Assembly (NCBI GenBank): GCA_965248435.1
Contig: OZ252100.1
Span: 3,904,001 to 3,968,000 of the forward strand
From: Candidatus Latescibacterota bacterium
GTDB lineage: Bacteria; Latescibacterota; UBA2968; GCA-2709665
Length of the DNA stretch: 64,000 bases
Direction: 5' to 3'
The notes beneath the pieces were generated by a model that made no database searches, was not told the DNA's origin, and worked only from the letters and a program-made list of their open reading frames with translations. A program made the position numbers and the translations under genes. Below are positions 48,698-58,491 of the stretch, in pieces. The first letter of the stretch is position 1; each line of letters opens with the position of its first letter.

Positions 48698-50227
48698 CTA
48701 TCGCTCATCTAGCCAGTATGGTTTGGCATAATATTGAATTATGTCCTTCTCGCGGCAAAACTCGTTGTAGTCAGTATTCAAGCCGGCCGCCTTGAGCTTC
48801 ATTCTGTCGTTTGCCGAGAGGGGAAATGCAACTGGAAGATACTGTTGGTAGTGTGGAGACTTTTTCTTTAATCCGCTCTGCTCGGACGGCACAAAATCAT
48901 GAGCTTCCACTCGTACGCCCTTGGCAACAGTCATAAAATCTATAATGTGCATGAGTAGTTCACTTTTGACTTCCTGACAATCTTCGTTCGCGCTGAGGTT
49001 GTTCATACAGTATGGATCTTCCAATCGATCATAGAGCTCAGAAACTCCTTGAAACGGATAGAATGAAAATCGGAAACGTCCGTCATCAACTGTTTTCACA
49101 GAATCACAAAACTCGCTGAATATCACCTCCCGCGGGTTGAACGGCGGGTTGCGTCCCAGCTCCAGGAGTGACCTGGAATAGCCGATTGGCCGATTGTCTC
49201 CGGCAATATTCAAAACCGTTCCAGGTATATCGATATTACCGGCCAGGGACGCAGAACGAGATCCCGCCAAGATTTCCGGATGATTGGAAACGACGAGAGG
49301 TATATTCATCTGCCCAGGATACGGAAACGGCCCTTTTGCCTGAAGCCCAAAATCGCCAAGCATATCACCGTGATCTGCTGAAAAAATAAATGACGTGTTT
49401 TCAAAGATGCCGAGGTGTTCAATGCAATCGACAATTCGCCCAATCTGGCCGTCTATAGCCGCAATCATTTCGGCATAAGCAGTACGAAATGCCAGATTCG
49501 CCTCTTGATTTTCCGGGACCGTACCGAGGACAGATCGATACTCGACTGTCTCCGGAACGCTGTCTCTATCGGCCGGCGGCCGATCAATCACTTTTGGCAG
49601 CTTCGTATCATCCACCAAACCCTTAAACTCGGCAGGAGGATCAATGGGACCGTGCGGCCCCTGGAAAGAAATCCATGCGAGAAAGGGCAGCTCTTTTTGC
49701 TCTACCGATTCAGCAATAAACTCAATGGCTTCCGAGGCTATCCAATGCTCGTAATACTCATCCTCCGGAAACGAAAAGGTAAAATCGGCATAGTTCCACA
49801 ATCGAGTAACCTCAGGATGACGCTTGCGGATCCATTTCAAATAGGGCTCGCTCTCCTCAAGCCTGCCCTCTTCCATCTGGCTGAGATGGCTAAATCCCTT
49901 CCCATCAGCGGCCGGATAGTGATGCAGCTTTCCAAAAGCGCCGGTCGCATAGCCCAATTTATTCATTCGTTCGGCGAGGTATTCCATGCCTTCTCGAAAC
50001 GGCACGTCATTTGTCCAAACCATATGATCCGACACATACCGTCCGGTCATCATTGATGCCCGCGCCGGAGCGCATACGGTTGATTGAGTGATGGCATTCT
50101 CAAACACAACGCCTTTTGCGGCCAGCCTATCAAGATTAGGAGTCGGCACCGCAGTGCATCCATAACTATTCAGAAAGTCCGGTCTGAGTTGATCACAGAG
50201 AAGCACAACGATATTTCTATTTTGCAT
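48698..50227 (-). CDS. Sulfatase, Cys-type (AT-richer codon usage)
   Basis: NIVVLLCDQLR, TPNLDRLA, CAPARAS, SADHGDMLGDFG; start is 50227 or 50254. Confidence 0.9.
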   Translation of the reverse strand: MQNRNIVVLLCDQLRPDFLNSYGCTAVPTPNLDRLAAKGVVFENAITQSTVCAPARASMMTGRYVSDHMVWTNDVPFREGMEYLAERMNKLGYATGAFGKLHHYPAADGKGFSHLSQMEEGRLEESEPYLKWIRKRHPEVTRLWNYADFTFSFPEDEYYEHWIASEAIEFIAESVEQKELPFLAWISFQGPHGPIDPPAEFKGLVDDTKLPKVIDRPPADRDSVPETVEYRSVLGTVPENQEANLAFRTAYAEMIAAIDGQIGRIVDCIEHLGIFENTSFIFSADHGDMLGDFGLQAKGPFPYPGQMNIPLVVSNHPEILAGSRSASLAGNIDIPGTVLNIAGDNRPIGYSRSLLELGRNPPFNPREVIFSEFCDSVKTVDDGRFRFSFYPFQGVSELYDRLEDPYCMNNLSANEDCQEVKSELLMHIIDFMTVAKGVRVEAHDFVPSEQSGLKKKSPHYQQYLPVAFPLSANDRMKLKAAGLNTDYNEFCREKDIIQYYAKPYWLDER

Positions 50228-50432
50228 TTGACGGCTCCTAGATGCCTCGTGCATAAATTGGCAAATGGATATGCCGTTGCTATACTAACGGCATGGAAAA
50301 TGTAAAACAACAGCTAAGGGATTATTATGATCGCTGCGGCGCCAGCCGGAACAACTCCATCTGGAAGAGATCTCTATACTACAATTCAGCTTTGTAAATC
50401 TTGAAGACAAAGGTGCTGTTCTGCCTAAGGGA

Positions 50433-51410
50433 GTGCTTATGTTACGTTTTGCCAAGCCGGAGGGCAAATACAATCTCGTTCTCGAAGAAACACCGATCCC
50501 GGAACCGGGACCGGGAGAAGTCCGTGTCAAGGCTGTACGGAGCCTGATCAGCCGGGGTTCTGAGATGGGCGCCCGTTATACCCGTGAACATGCCGTGAGT
50601 CCGGAGATCATGGGATACTCACTGGCCGGTGTGGTCGATGCCCTTGGTGAGGGTGTCTCATACCTGGCCGTCGGCGACCGGGTCGTGGCGCTGGCGCCTC
50701 ATGCCCAGTACGTGGTACGTCCCGCCTTAATCTGCACCCCACAGGATCAGGCCCTGATAATCCCCATACCTGACGATGTGTCCTTTGACCAGGCGCCCTT
50801 CCATCCGCTGACCTGCGGTGCGGTGACCTGGACCGGTATAGAAGACATTCAGCCCAACGATACCGTGGTCATCATAGGACAGGGACTCGTAGGCAGCCTG
50901 ATGCTGCAGGTCATGAAAGCCAACGGGGTCGGCCGTGTCGTCGCCATCGATGCGCTGAAGAGCCGGTGTGCCATGGCGAAGTCCTTTGGCGCTGATGCGG
51001 TCATCAACGCGGCAGAAGAGGATCCGGTTCAGGCGGTGCGCCGCCTCACCAGCGGCATCGGCGCTGATATCGTGGTGTATGCGGTCGGCGGCCCTGCCGG
51101 TCCGAAAGCGTTCGAGCAGGGACTCGACATGCTGGCGGTAAACGGTCTGTTTCATCTGATCGGGTTATACGAAGATGAACCACTCCCGCTCATGTCTGAC
51201 AAAATCCAGCAGCGCCGTCTGATCGGAGGATACTACGGCACTACCATCGGTGCCCGCCAGTCCCGTCGCGCTATGGAACTACTCGCCTCCGGCGCCATAC
51301 AAACCGATGCTATGACCACCCATCGCTTCCCGTTCAAAGAAGGCCCGGAAGCGTTTGATTTGCTTTACAACCGCCCTGATGATGCGTTCGGAGTATTGTT
51401 TGAATGGTAA
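50433..51410 (+). CDS. Zinc-binding alcohol dehydrogenase (MDR) family protein
   Basis: PGPGEVRVK..SLISRGSE, GYSLAGVV, VIIGQGLVG, THRFPF; start could be 50439. Confidence 0.88.
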   Translation: MLMLRFAKPEGKYNLVLEETPIPEPGPGEVRVKAVRSLISRGSEMGARYTREHAVSPEIMGYSLAGVVDALGEGVSYLAVGDRVVALAPHAQYVVRPALICTPQDQALIIPIPDDVSFDQAPFHPLTCGAVTWTGIEDIQPNDTVVIIGQGLVGSLMLQVMKANGVGRVVAIDALKSRCAMAKSFGADAVINAAEEDPVQAVRRLTSGIGADIVVYAVGGPAGPKAFEQGLDMLAVNGLFHLIGLYEDEPLPLMSDKIQQRRLIGGYYGTTIGARQSRRAMELLASGAIQTDAMTTHRFPFKEGPEAFDLLYNRPDDAFGVLFEW

Positions 51411-51701
51411 TCTACCCACCAAATTCCAGCCGCGTTAACAGATCGTTCAAATCCTCGAGCGTTTCAAGCCCTCGAGGCGGGATCGGTCATCGGCCTCGAC
51501 TACTCACTACGTTTACGGCGGTTCAGCTTCACATTTTGAAGAGGAAGCAAGACAAAAAAACAGAAGACGATTGTCTATGGCGTGCACTGTATTCCTGCCC
51601 TTTGAAGGGCTTCGCCGTGAAGGGGGCGCGCCGCCAGCGTCGCATCCCAAGGCCACCCCGCTTGTTATAAGGTTCGCGCGGTTAACCACCAGGAGGACGT
51701 A

Positions 51702-52136
51702 ATGGCGGACAAGCAGTTCTTTTTTCCCGATCGCGCATGGAACCAGGGCCACCCCGAGGGCACCGGTGGCTGGACACAGGCCGACGACGAAGGCGAAATC
51801 CGCTTCGCCCAGGCGGTTCGCATCGGCGATGTCGTCTACACGGCCGGACAGGTCGCGTGGGACAAGAACGGGGAGATCGTCGGCAAGGGAGACCTGCTGG
51901 CCCAGTCCAGGCAGGTGTTCAAGAACCTACAGGAGGTCCTCGAACTCGCTGGCGCGTCTCTGAACGACGTCGTTCAACTGACGCAGTACTTCATGGACAT
52001 GACCGACATCCACGCCTACCGGCAGGCACGCAGAGAGGCGATGCCGGGAGTCACGTGTCTGACCACGGGCGTTCAGGTCGCCCGCATGACGCAGCCGGAC
52101 CTGTTGCTCGAAGTTGAAGCTATGGCGGTACTCTAG
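51702..52136 (+). CDS. RidA/YjgF family protein
   Basis: FAQAVRIGDVVYTAGQV, AGASLNDVV, LLEVEAMAV; AGGAGG RBS. Confidence 0.88.
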   Translation: MADKQFFFPDRAWNQGHPEGTGGWTQADDEGEIRFAQAVRIGDVVYTAGQVAWDKNGEIVGKGDLLAQSRQVFKNLQEVLELAGASLNDVVQLTQYFMDMTDIHAYRQARREAMPGVTCLTTGVQVARMTQPDLLLEVEAMAVL

Positions 52137-52367
52137 CCGGGTTCTTGAAGATCCGATCTGACATTGGTATGAAAACAGGTTTGGTCGACGAGGGCCAGGA
52201 GCCCCTCGAACGGCGGTACGTAGGGGCGGCACGGTTTTCAGGAAAAGAGGCCGGCACGGTGATTGAAAACGGCTTCTGCTCGCCGGTCGACTGGCCACCA
52301 CGGAAGCGCCTAAAGCTTACCTGTAAGCGCCGGTTGGCGAGTCTAAAGAATGGAGGATGGATAAGAG

Positions 52368-54137
52368 ATGGCACCAACAGAGACACGGAGGTCCGGGAAG
52401 ATGAATACGGGCGGCAGGCGCGTTCGGTCCCAGCGAGACAGGGCACGGCTCTCGTGGTGGGAGGAGGCCAGGTTCGGCATGTTCATCCACTGGGGGTTGT
52501 ATGCCATTCCTGCGGGTAAGTGGAAGGGGAGGGACATTGCCGGCATCGGAGAGTGGATCATGCTGCGGTCCAGGATCCCGGTTGCAGAGTATGAAAAACT
52601 CGCCGGCCGGTTCAACCCCGTGAAGTTCGACGCCGATGCCTGCGTAGGGCTGGCCAAGAGGGCCGGGATGAAATACCTGGTGATCACGTCCAAACACCAC
52701 GACGGGTTTGCCATGTACGACTCTGCGTGCAGCGAATACGACATCGCAGATGCCACACCTTACGGCCGCGATCCGATAAAGGCCCTCGCAAGGGCGTGCA
52801 GGAGGGCGGGTATCCGGCTGTGCTTCTACTACTCCCAGGACCAGGACTGGCACGATCCGGATGCCTCGGGCAATGACTGGGACTATGATCCGGCGAAAAA
52901 GGACTTCGCCCGCTACCTGCGGAATAAGGTCAAGCCGCAGGTTCGCGAACTGTTGACCCAGTACGGGCCGATCGGGTTGATCTGGTTCGATACGCCAATC
53001 TCGATCTCGAAGGCCCAGAGCCTGGATCTGAGGCGGTTCGTACACGATCTGCAGCCCGACTGTCTCGTCAGCGGCCGGGTCGGGCACGGTGTGGGCGACT
53101 ACGGCTGCCTGGGTGACAATCAGATTCCGGTCGGACGGATCGAGGGCGCCTGGGAGACGCCGGCCACGATGAACGACACGTGGGGGTTCAAGACGGAGGA
53201 CCACAACTGGAAGTCGGTCAAGACGCTGCTTTCCCTGCTTGTAGATCTGGCCAGCAAAGGTGTCAACTACCTGCTGAACATCGGCCCCACGGCCGAGGGC
53301 GTTATCCCTGGGCCCAGCGTGAGGCGGTTGGAGGAGATCGGCCGATGGATGGCCGTCAACGGGGAGGCGATCTACGGGACGAAGGCCAGTCCTTATGCCT
53401 ATTCTTTCGACTGGGGCGCGATGACACAGAAAGGGAACAGGCTGTTCCTGCTGTTCACCCGGTGGCCCCGCGGAAGGTTCACGCTCTACGGTCTGCGGAA
53501 CCGGGTCAAGCAGGCCTCCTTGCTGGCCGATCGGAGGCGGAAGGTCGTCTTTTCCCAGGCGCGGGATGAGGCCCTCGACCACGATACACTGGAGCTGCGT
53601 CTGCCATCGAGGAAGCCCGATCGACACGTCCCGGTCGTGGTGCTGAGGCTCGACGGTGAAGCTGATGTGGACCCGTCGCCCCTCCAGCAGCCGGACGATA
53701 CGGTGACCCTGCTGCCCGGGATGGCCGACGTGCATGTTTCGAACACAGGCCGGCAGATCGGTGTCAGCCCGAGCGGTGTGATCCAGAACTGGTTCAACAA
53801 GGCCAACTGGCTGAGCTGGTCGTTCAAGGTGGTCCGTCCGGCAGATTTTGAGGTCAGGGTGATTACAGGGACCTTGAGGCCCGCCAGGGTCTGGAAGGGC
53901 GGACACAGGGTGAGCGTGGCCGTCGCCGGGAAAACCATCCGGCGAACCATCCGGGCCGATGAGAAAATCGAAAGCCCACGGGCACAATACTTCCCGGAGG
54001 CCGCAACGAGGTTCGGGCGGGTGAGGATCGAAGCGCCCGGGATTTACGAATTGAAGCTCAAAGCTGAAGAGATCAACAGAAACGCCCCGGCCGGTCTGAC
54101 CGTGGCCTCGGTGCGGTTGACGCCCGTAAGGGGGTGA
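52368..54137 (+). CDS. Alpha-L-fucosidase (GH29) with a C-terminal beta-sandwich domain
   Basis: RFGMFIHWGLY, AGMKYLVITSKHHDGF, LIWFD, WETPATMNDTWG, NYLLNIGP, NGEAIYGT. Confidence 0.93.
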   Translation: MAPTETRRSGKMNTGGRRVRSQRDRARLSWWEEARFGMFIHWGLYAIPAGKWKGRDIAGIGEWIMLRSRIPVAEYEKLAGRFNPVKFDADACVGLAKRAGMKYLVITSKHHDGFAMYDSACSEYDIADATPYGRDPIKALARACRRAGIRLCFYYSQDQDWHDPDASGNDWDYDPAKKDFARYLRNKVKPQVRELLTQYGPIGLIWFDTPISISKAQSLDLRRFVHDLQPDCLVSGRVGHGVGDYGCLGDNQIPVGRIEGAWETPATMNDTWGFKTEDHNWKSVKTLLSLLVDLASKGVNYLLNIGPTAEGVIPGPSVRRLEEIGRWMAVNGEAIYGTKASPYAYSFDWGAMTQKGNRLFLLFTRWPRGRFTLYGLRNRVKQASLLADRRRKVVFSQARDEALDHDTLELRLPSRKPDRHVPVVVLRLDGEADVDPSPLQQPDDTVTLLPGMADVHVSNTGRQIGVSPSGVIQNWFNKANWLSWSFKVVRPADFEVRVITGTLRPARVWKGGHRVSVAVAGKTIRRTIRADEKIESPRAQYFPEAATRFGRVRIEAPGIYELKLKAEEINRNAPAGLTVASVRLTPVRG

Positions 54138-54302
54138 GGATCTCCGGAGGCCACAGAGAACACGATCGGATGTGACACCCTACTCAGGTCAAGAATTCAC
54201 AAAATCCAGGACAGGTCATTGCAGCGAAGTTTGTCCAACACTCCTTTATTTTCAATATGTTATGAATTCCTAAGCCGCATTATCCATTCGTCAAAAAATT
54301 AC

Positions 54303-54350
54303 TTGACGGAGGTTTCAGGAGTGCGTACTATATGTATATATTGTATACAA
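54303..54350 (+). promoter_or_regulatory. Sigma70-type promoter with a downstream GntR/FadR-type operator
   Basis: TTGACG (54303) - 17 bp - TACTAT (54326), followed by ATGTATATAT and the palindrome TTGTATACAA (54341-54350), just upstream of a GntR gene. Confidence 0.7.
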
Positions 54351-54403
54351 AATAGCCTTCCTCCTCGTTCAATCGCGTCATCTTCCATCCAACAGGACCT
54401 CTC

Positions 54404-55072
54404 GTGTCGTCCAATCCTGAAAGAAACGGCCGGATCGAACTCAAGCGAAGCCTCCTGAAAGATCAGGCGAGTGAGCGCTTACGGGGACTGCTCTTAGAGG
54501 GCGCCTTCCTGCCCGGCAGCAAGATACCTGCACGGAAGGTGATGGAGCTGCTGGGGATCGGGCGCATGCCGGCGCGAGACGCGCTCCTCGAACTCCAAAG
54601 AGACGGCCTGGTCACGAACGAGAATGGCGGAAGGTATTGTGTGGTCGAACTCGACAAAGAGACGCTGGACGACCTCTACGACGCGCGTCTGATGCTGGAG
54701 AAGCGGGCCATCGAACTGGCGACGCGGAACGCCCAGCGGGAGGACCACGCTATGCTCTCACACAAATTCGAGGAGATGAAGGAGGCCTGCCACCGGAAAG
54801 ATATAGCGGGCGTGCGCAAGGCCGACATAGAACTCCATCGCCTGATCTGGCGCCTGTCGAACAATTCCATACTGGAAAAGATCCTGAATTACATAGGCGA
54901 TTTGACCTTTTTCGGTCACATGGGACTGAAAGATGTGGATGAAGTGGCGCTGGAACGCTGGTCCATCCAACTGGACAAGCACCGCGACCTAGTGGACCGT
55001 ATAAATTCCGGCGACACACAGGGAGCGGTCGAGAGCATTGAGCACCACGTGCACAGGTCGCTTCGTTCTTAG
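54404..55072 (+). CDS. GntR family transcriptional regulator (FCD domain)
   Basis: LKDQASERLR...PGSKI...LGIGRMPARDAL..L..DGLV wHTH; ADIELHRLIW..SNN; H..LVD.I. Confidence 0.9.
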   Translation: MSSNPERNGRIELKRSLLKDQASERLRGLLLEGAFLPGSKIPARKVMELLGIGRMPARDALLELQRDGLVTNENGGRYCVVELDKETLDDLYDARLMLEKRAIELATRNAQREDHAMLSHKFEEMKEACHRKDIAGVRKADIELHRLIWRLSNNSILEKILNYIGDLTFFGHMGLKDVDEVALERWSIQLDKHRDLVDRINSGDTQGAVESIEHHVHRSLRS

Positions 55073-55341
55073 CTTAGCCTGCTAAGCTCTGAAGGCATTG
55101 TGGCCTGAAGCTTTCCGCGTAGCCTCACCGGAGTCGGGTCGGAGGAGATCGTGTCTACAGGAATCCTGTTCAATTTTTTCATCAGAGAGGGGCGGATGGC
55201 CGATGCCTAAGGAGATCCGTAGCCTTCAGGTAGATCCAAACAAGCAGGTATAAGGAGGCCAGTCTATGGATATATTATGGTATAGATTAAGAGACAGTTC
55301 AAACCCTCACGTGTTCAGCAGACAAACTCAAGGAGGTTACG

Positions 55342-58300
55342 ATGAGAGCTAGCAAAAGTTTGATCTCTCTTGTACTCGCCGGGGCGTTGCTCGCCTTCTG
55401 TCCGGCTGATGGTATGGCCGGCACAGTCGGCAAGGTCAACGGCGTCGTCACCGACGCAACGGGCCAGCCGCTTCCAGGCGCCAACGTTGTGATCGAAGGC
55501 ACACGGCGAGGCGCGACGACCGATACCGACGGTTACTACCTCATCCTGTCGGTCGATCCTGGTCGGTATGAATTGACCGCATCGATGGTCGGCTATAACA
55601 CGTCCATCAAGCAGGACGTGCTGGTGCAGGCGGACTTCACCACCGCTGTCGACCTTACCCTGGAGGAGACCGCGCTGCAGGCCGCCGAGATGGTGGTGGT
55701 CGCGCAGCGTCCGCCCGTGGAGCCGGACCGGACCTCGACCCGCTACGTCATCAATCTGGCGGACATCCAGGCCGTGCCTCTGGCGCGGGAGACCGAAGAC
55801 CTGATCGAGCTGCAGCCCGGCGTCTCTGTGGACGGCGACCTCCGCATCCGGGGGAGCAACGTGGCCCACCCCGACGGGCAGAACGAGGTGTTCGTGCAGA
55901 TCGACGGGGTGCGGCTGATCAACAGCGACGGCGGGACCCAGGCAGGGCAGCAGCAGGGCCTCTTCCTCGGCGTCAACAAGCAGGCGCTGCAGGAGGTGTC
56001 CGTGCTCACCGGTGGCATGGACGCCGAGTACGGCAACGCGCAGGGCGGTGTGTTCAGCTTTGTTACCCGGGAGGCCAGGGCCACCTTCGGGGGCCTGGGC
56101 GAGTACCGGCTGACCCCGTCGGGGAAGAAGCACTGGGGGTCCAACGTCTACGACGGCGCACGGGTGAAAGAGACCGCGGGTCTGACCAACCCCTGGTCGG
56201 ACTCTGACTTTCAGAACGAGACCGACCCGTTGACCGGGCAGAAGGTGCACGAGCGGACCGACTATACGGGCGTGTGGGGGAACTACCTGGAGGGGTCGCT
56301 CTCCGGCCCGCTGGCCGAAGACCTCGGCTTCTTCGTAAGCGGGCGCTACAGCCGGGACGCCACCGCCTTCCCGAGCCCGCTCAACCGTGAGCCGTTCAAC
56401 ATGCAGATGTTCGGCAACGCCACCTACCGCGCCGGCGGCAACATCAAGGTGAAACTGGGCGGCATCTACGCCGCCGAGGACATCTTCAACCGGGGCGGTA
56501 CCGCTAACCGGAACTACGACCTTACGGTGATTCCCGAAGGGGTGCTGCGCGGCGTCGAGCACAACAGTCTGAACCTCTTCCTCCCGGAGGACTACGGCGG
56601 GGCGGGCACGCAGGACATGTCGCAGAGCGTCGTTTACGGGACGGCAACGCACAGCCTTTCTCCCAAGACGTTCTACGAACTCCGGGTCTCCTACCAGCAG
56701 CGCGACATCAACAGCCAGGGCGTGCCCGAGGCCACCGAGGGGATCCGGAGGGACAGCTTCGGGTTCCACCTGGCGCGGGACTACCACAGCACCCGGACCT
56801 CCGAGCTCAAGCGCTGGTTCTTGAAAGCCGACCTCAGCAGCCAGGTGTCCAAAGGGCACCTGGTCAAGGCGGGCGCCGAGTTCACCCGCTACAGCGTGCA
56901 GGAGAGCGGCGAGATCTTCAGGGACGCCAAGAACCGGCACGTCTACATGGTCGGCAAGGGGGACGTCGTGATCGGGATGGAGCCGTTCCATCCGATCCGG
57001 TACGGCGCCTACATCCAGGACAAGATGGAGTTCGAGGGCCTTGTGATCAACGCCGGCGTCCGGTTCGACGCCATCTCCTCGCGCGAGAGCATCGGACAAA
57101 ACATGGGCATCGCCATGAATTTCAGGCATTACGATACCCTCACCCGGTTTCGGAACGTGCCCGTCGTCGGCAATCAGCCGACGACGACCGCGTGGAGCCC
57201 CCGGCTGGGGCTCTCCCACCCGATCACCGAACGCTCAACCCTCCGGTTCTTCACGGGGCGCTTCACCCAGCTCCCCGACGTCCAGAGCTTCTATCACCGC
57301 AACTTTGAAGGGAGCGGCGCGGACCAGGACCTGAACGGCAACGGCCAGATCGACCAGATGGAGCGGTACAACAGGCTCCTGACAACGAAAAACGGGTTTG
57401 TTGGCTGGGCGCACGGGCAGGCGGAGGCGACGACGAGCGTGGAGGCCGGCTTCGACTGGAACTTCGCCGGGGACTACATCGCCAGTCTCTCGGCCTTCTA
57501 CAAGGACCAGGAGGGCGGCCTCCGCAGGCGATCGGTCTTCTTCGTGACGGATCCGATCGACGGCAGGAACCCGCGCCAGGCCCGGGTCTTCTCGAACATG
57601 GTCTTCAACACCTCGCGAGGGTTCGAGGTCGCCTTCAAGAAGATGTTCAATGACTACACCTCCTTCAACCTGGCCTACAACGCCCAGTGGCTGCGATATC
57701 AGCAGGGCGGGCGCCCGAATTTCTTCAACATCATCACATCGCGATGGTACCCCGATTCCTCCTACGTGGCCAGCGACCGCTACTTCAACGGCGTCACCGT
57801 CCGGGAGGACGGCCAGGAAATCCCCAAACCGCTCACCGAGGAGCAGAAACGCGAGGTCGGTCATACGGCCAACGAATTCCTCAGGAACCAGTCCAAAGTC
57901 CCTGGTTACAGCCCGGGTACCCCCATCGTGCCGGGCCGGATGGAAGAGGGGTTCTACAGCTTTTTCTACGACGGCAGTGTAAACGCTCCGATGAACGCCC
58001 TGCCCCGGCTGAGGGCCGGCATCGACCGGCGCAACTACGGCAGCGTGCAGTTCCTCTTCTCCACCCCGGCCGACTTCCACATCCGGCCGTTGTCCGGATT
58101 CCGGGCCACGATGGTCTGGCGGATGCAGACCGGCACCCCCTTCCTCTATACGTCGCCCACCGGCGTCACCTCGGAGCGGAGCGCGCCGCTCTCCACGCTG
58201 ACCGACGTGAACTTCGAGAAAGACTTCCAGTTCGGCGGGAGCGGGGTGGCGACCGCGTTCCTGGAGGTGCGAAACCTCTGGAACCAGAAAGACGACATGA

Positions 58301-58458
58301 CCGTGGGGTTCAACCCCGTGCAGTACGGCCTGCAGGAGCCCGAGCCGGGGGACTCCCGGTATGAGGAGTTCGGAGATGTCGAGGAACTGGTCCGCTACGG
58401 CGCCGGGTTGGGTCGTTCGCCTCGCCTGGCCGTGCTCGGTGCCCGTTTCAAGTTCTAA
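55342..58458 (+). CDS. TonB-dependent receptor with an N-terminal carboxypeptidase-regulatory-like domain
   Basis: Signal peptide; GKVNGVVTDATGQPLPGANVVIEGT; plug LQPGV...IRG...TGGMDAEYGNAQGGV; SPRLGLSHPIT; terminal Phe. Confidence 0.9.
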   Translation: MRASKSLISLVLAGALLAFCPADGMAGTVGKVNGVVTDATGQPLPGANVVIEGTRRGATTDTDGYYLILSVDPGRYELTASMVGYNTSIKQDVLVQADFTTAVDLTLEETALQAAEMVVVAQRPPVEPDRTSTRYVINLADIQAVPLARETEDLIELQPGVSVDGDLRIRGSNVAHPDGQNEVFVQIDGVRLINSDGGTQAGQQQGLFLGVNKQALQEVSVLTGGMDAEYGNAQGGVFSFVTREARATFGGLGEYRLTPSGKKHWGSNVYDGARVKETAGLTNPWSDSDFQNETDPLTGQKVHERTDYTGVWGNYLEGSLSGPLAEDLGFFVSGRYSRDATAFPSPLNREPFNMQMFGNATYRAGGNIKVKLGGIYAAEDIFNRGGTANRNYDLTVIPEGVLRGVEHNSLNLFLPEDYGGAGTQDMSQSVVYGTATHSLSPKTFYELRVSYQQRDINSQGVPEATEGIRRDSFGFHLARDYHSTRTSELKRWFLKADLSSQVSKGHLVKAGAEFTRYSVQESGEIFRDAKNRHVYMVGKGDVVIGMEPFHPIRYGAYIQDKMEFEGLVINAGVRFDAISSRESIGQNMGIAMNFRHYDTLTRFRNVPVVGNQPTTTAWSPRLGLSHPITERSTLRFFTGRFTQLPDVQSFYHRNFEGSGADQDLNGNGQIDQMERYNRLLTTKNGFVGWAHGQAEATTSVEAGFDWNFAGDYIASLSAFYKDQEGGLRRRSVFFVTDPIDGRNPRQARVFSNMVFNTSRGFEVAFKKMFNDYTSFNLAYNAQWLRYQQGGRPNFFNIITSRWYPDSSYVASDRYFNGVTVREDGQEIPKPLTEEQKREVGHTANEFLRNQSKVPGYSPGTPIVPGRMEEGFYSFFYDGSVNAPMNALPRLRAGIDRRNYGSVQFLFSTPADFHIRPLSGFRATMVWRMQTGTPFLYTSPTGVTSERSAPLSTLTDVNFEKDFQFGGSGVATAFLEVRNLWNQKDDMTVGFNPVQYGLQEPEPGDSRYEEFGDVEELVRYGAGLGRSPRLAVLGARFKF

Positions 58459-58491
58459 TCCTCGGACAACATAGATTTGGAGGAACACCTT

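Noticed and set aside
55071-55088. AGCTTAGC-CT-GCTAAGCT hairpin after gntR as a terminator
   Set aside because: No U-tract follows, so it cannot be supported as an intrinsic terminator.
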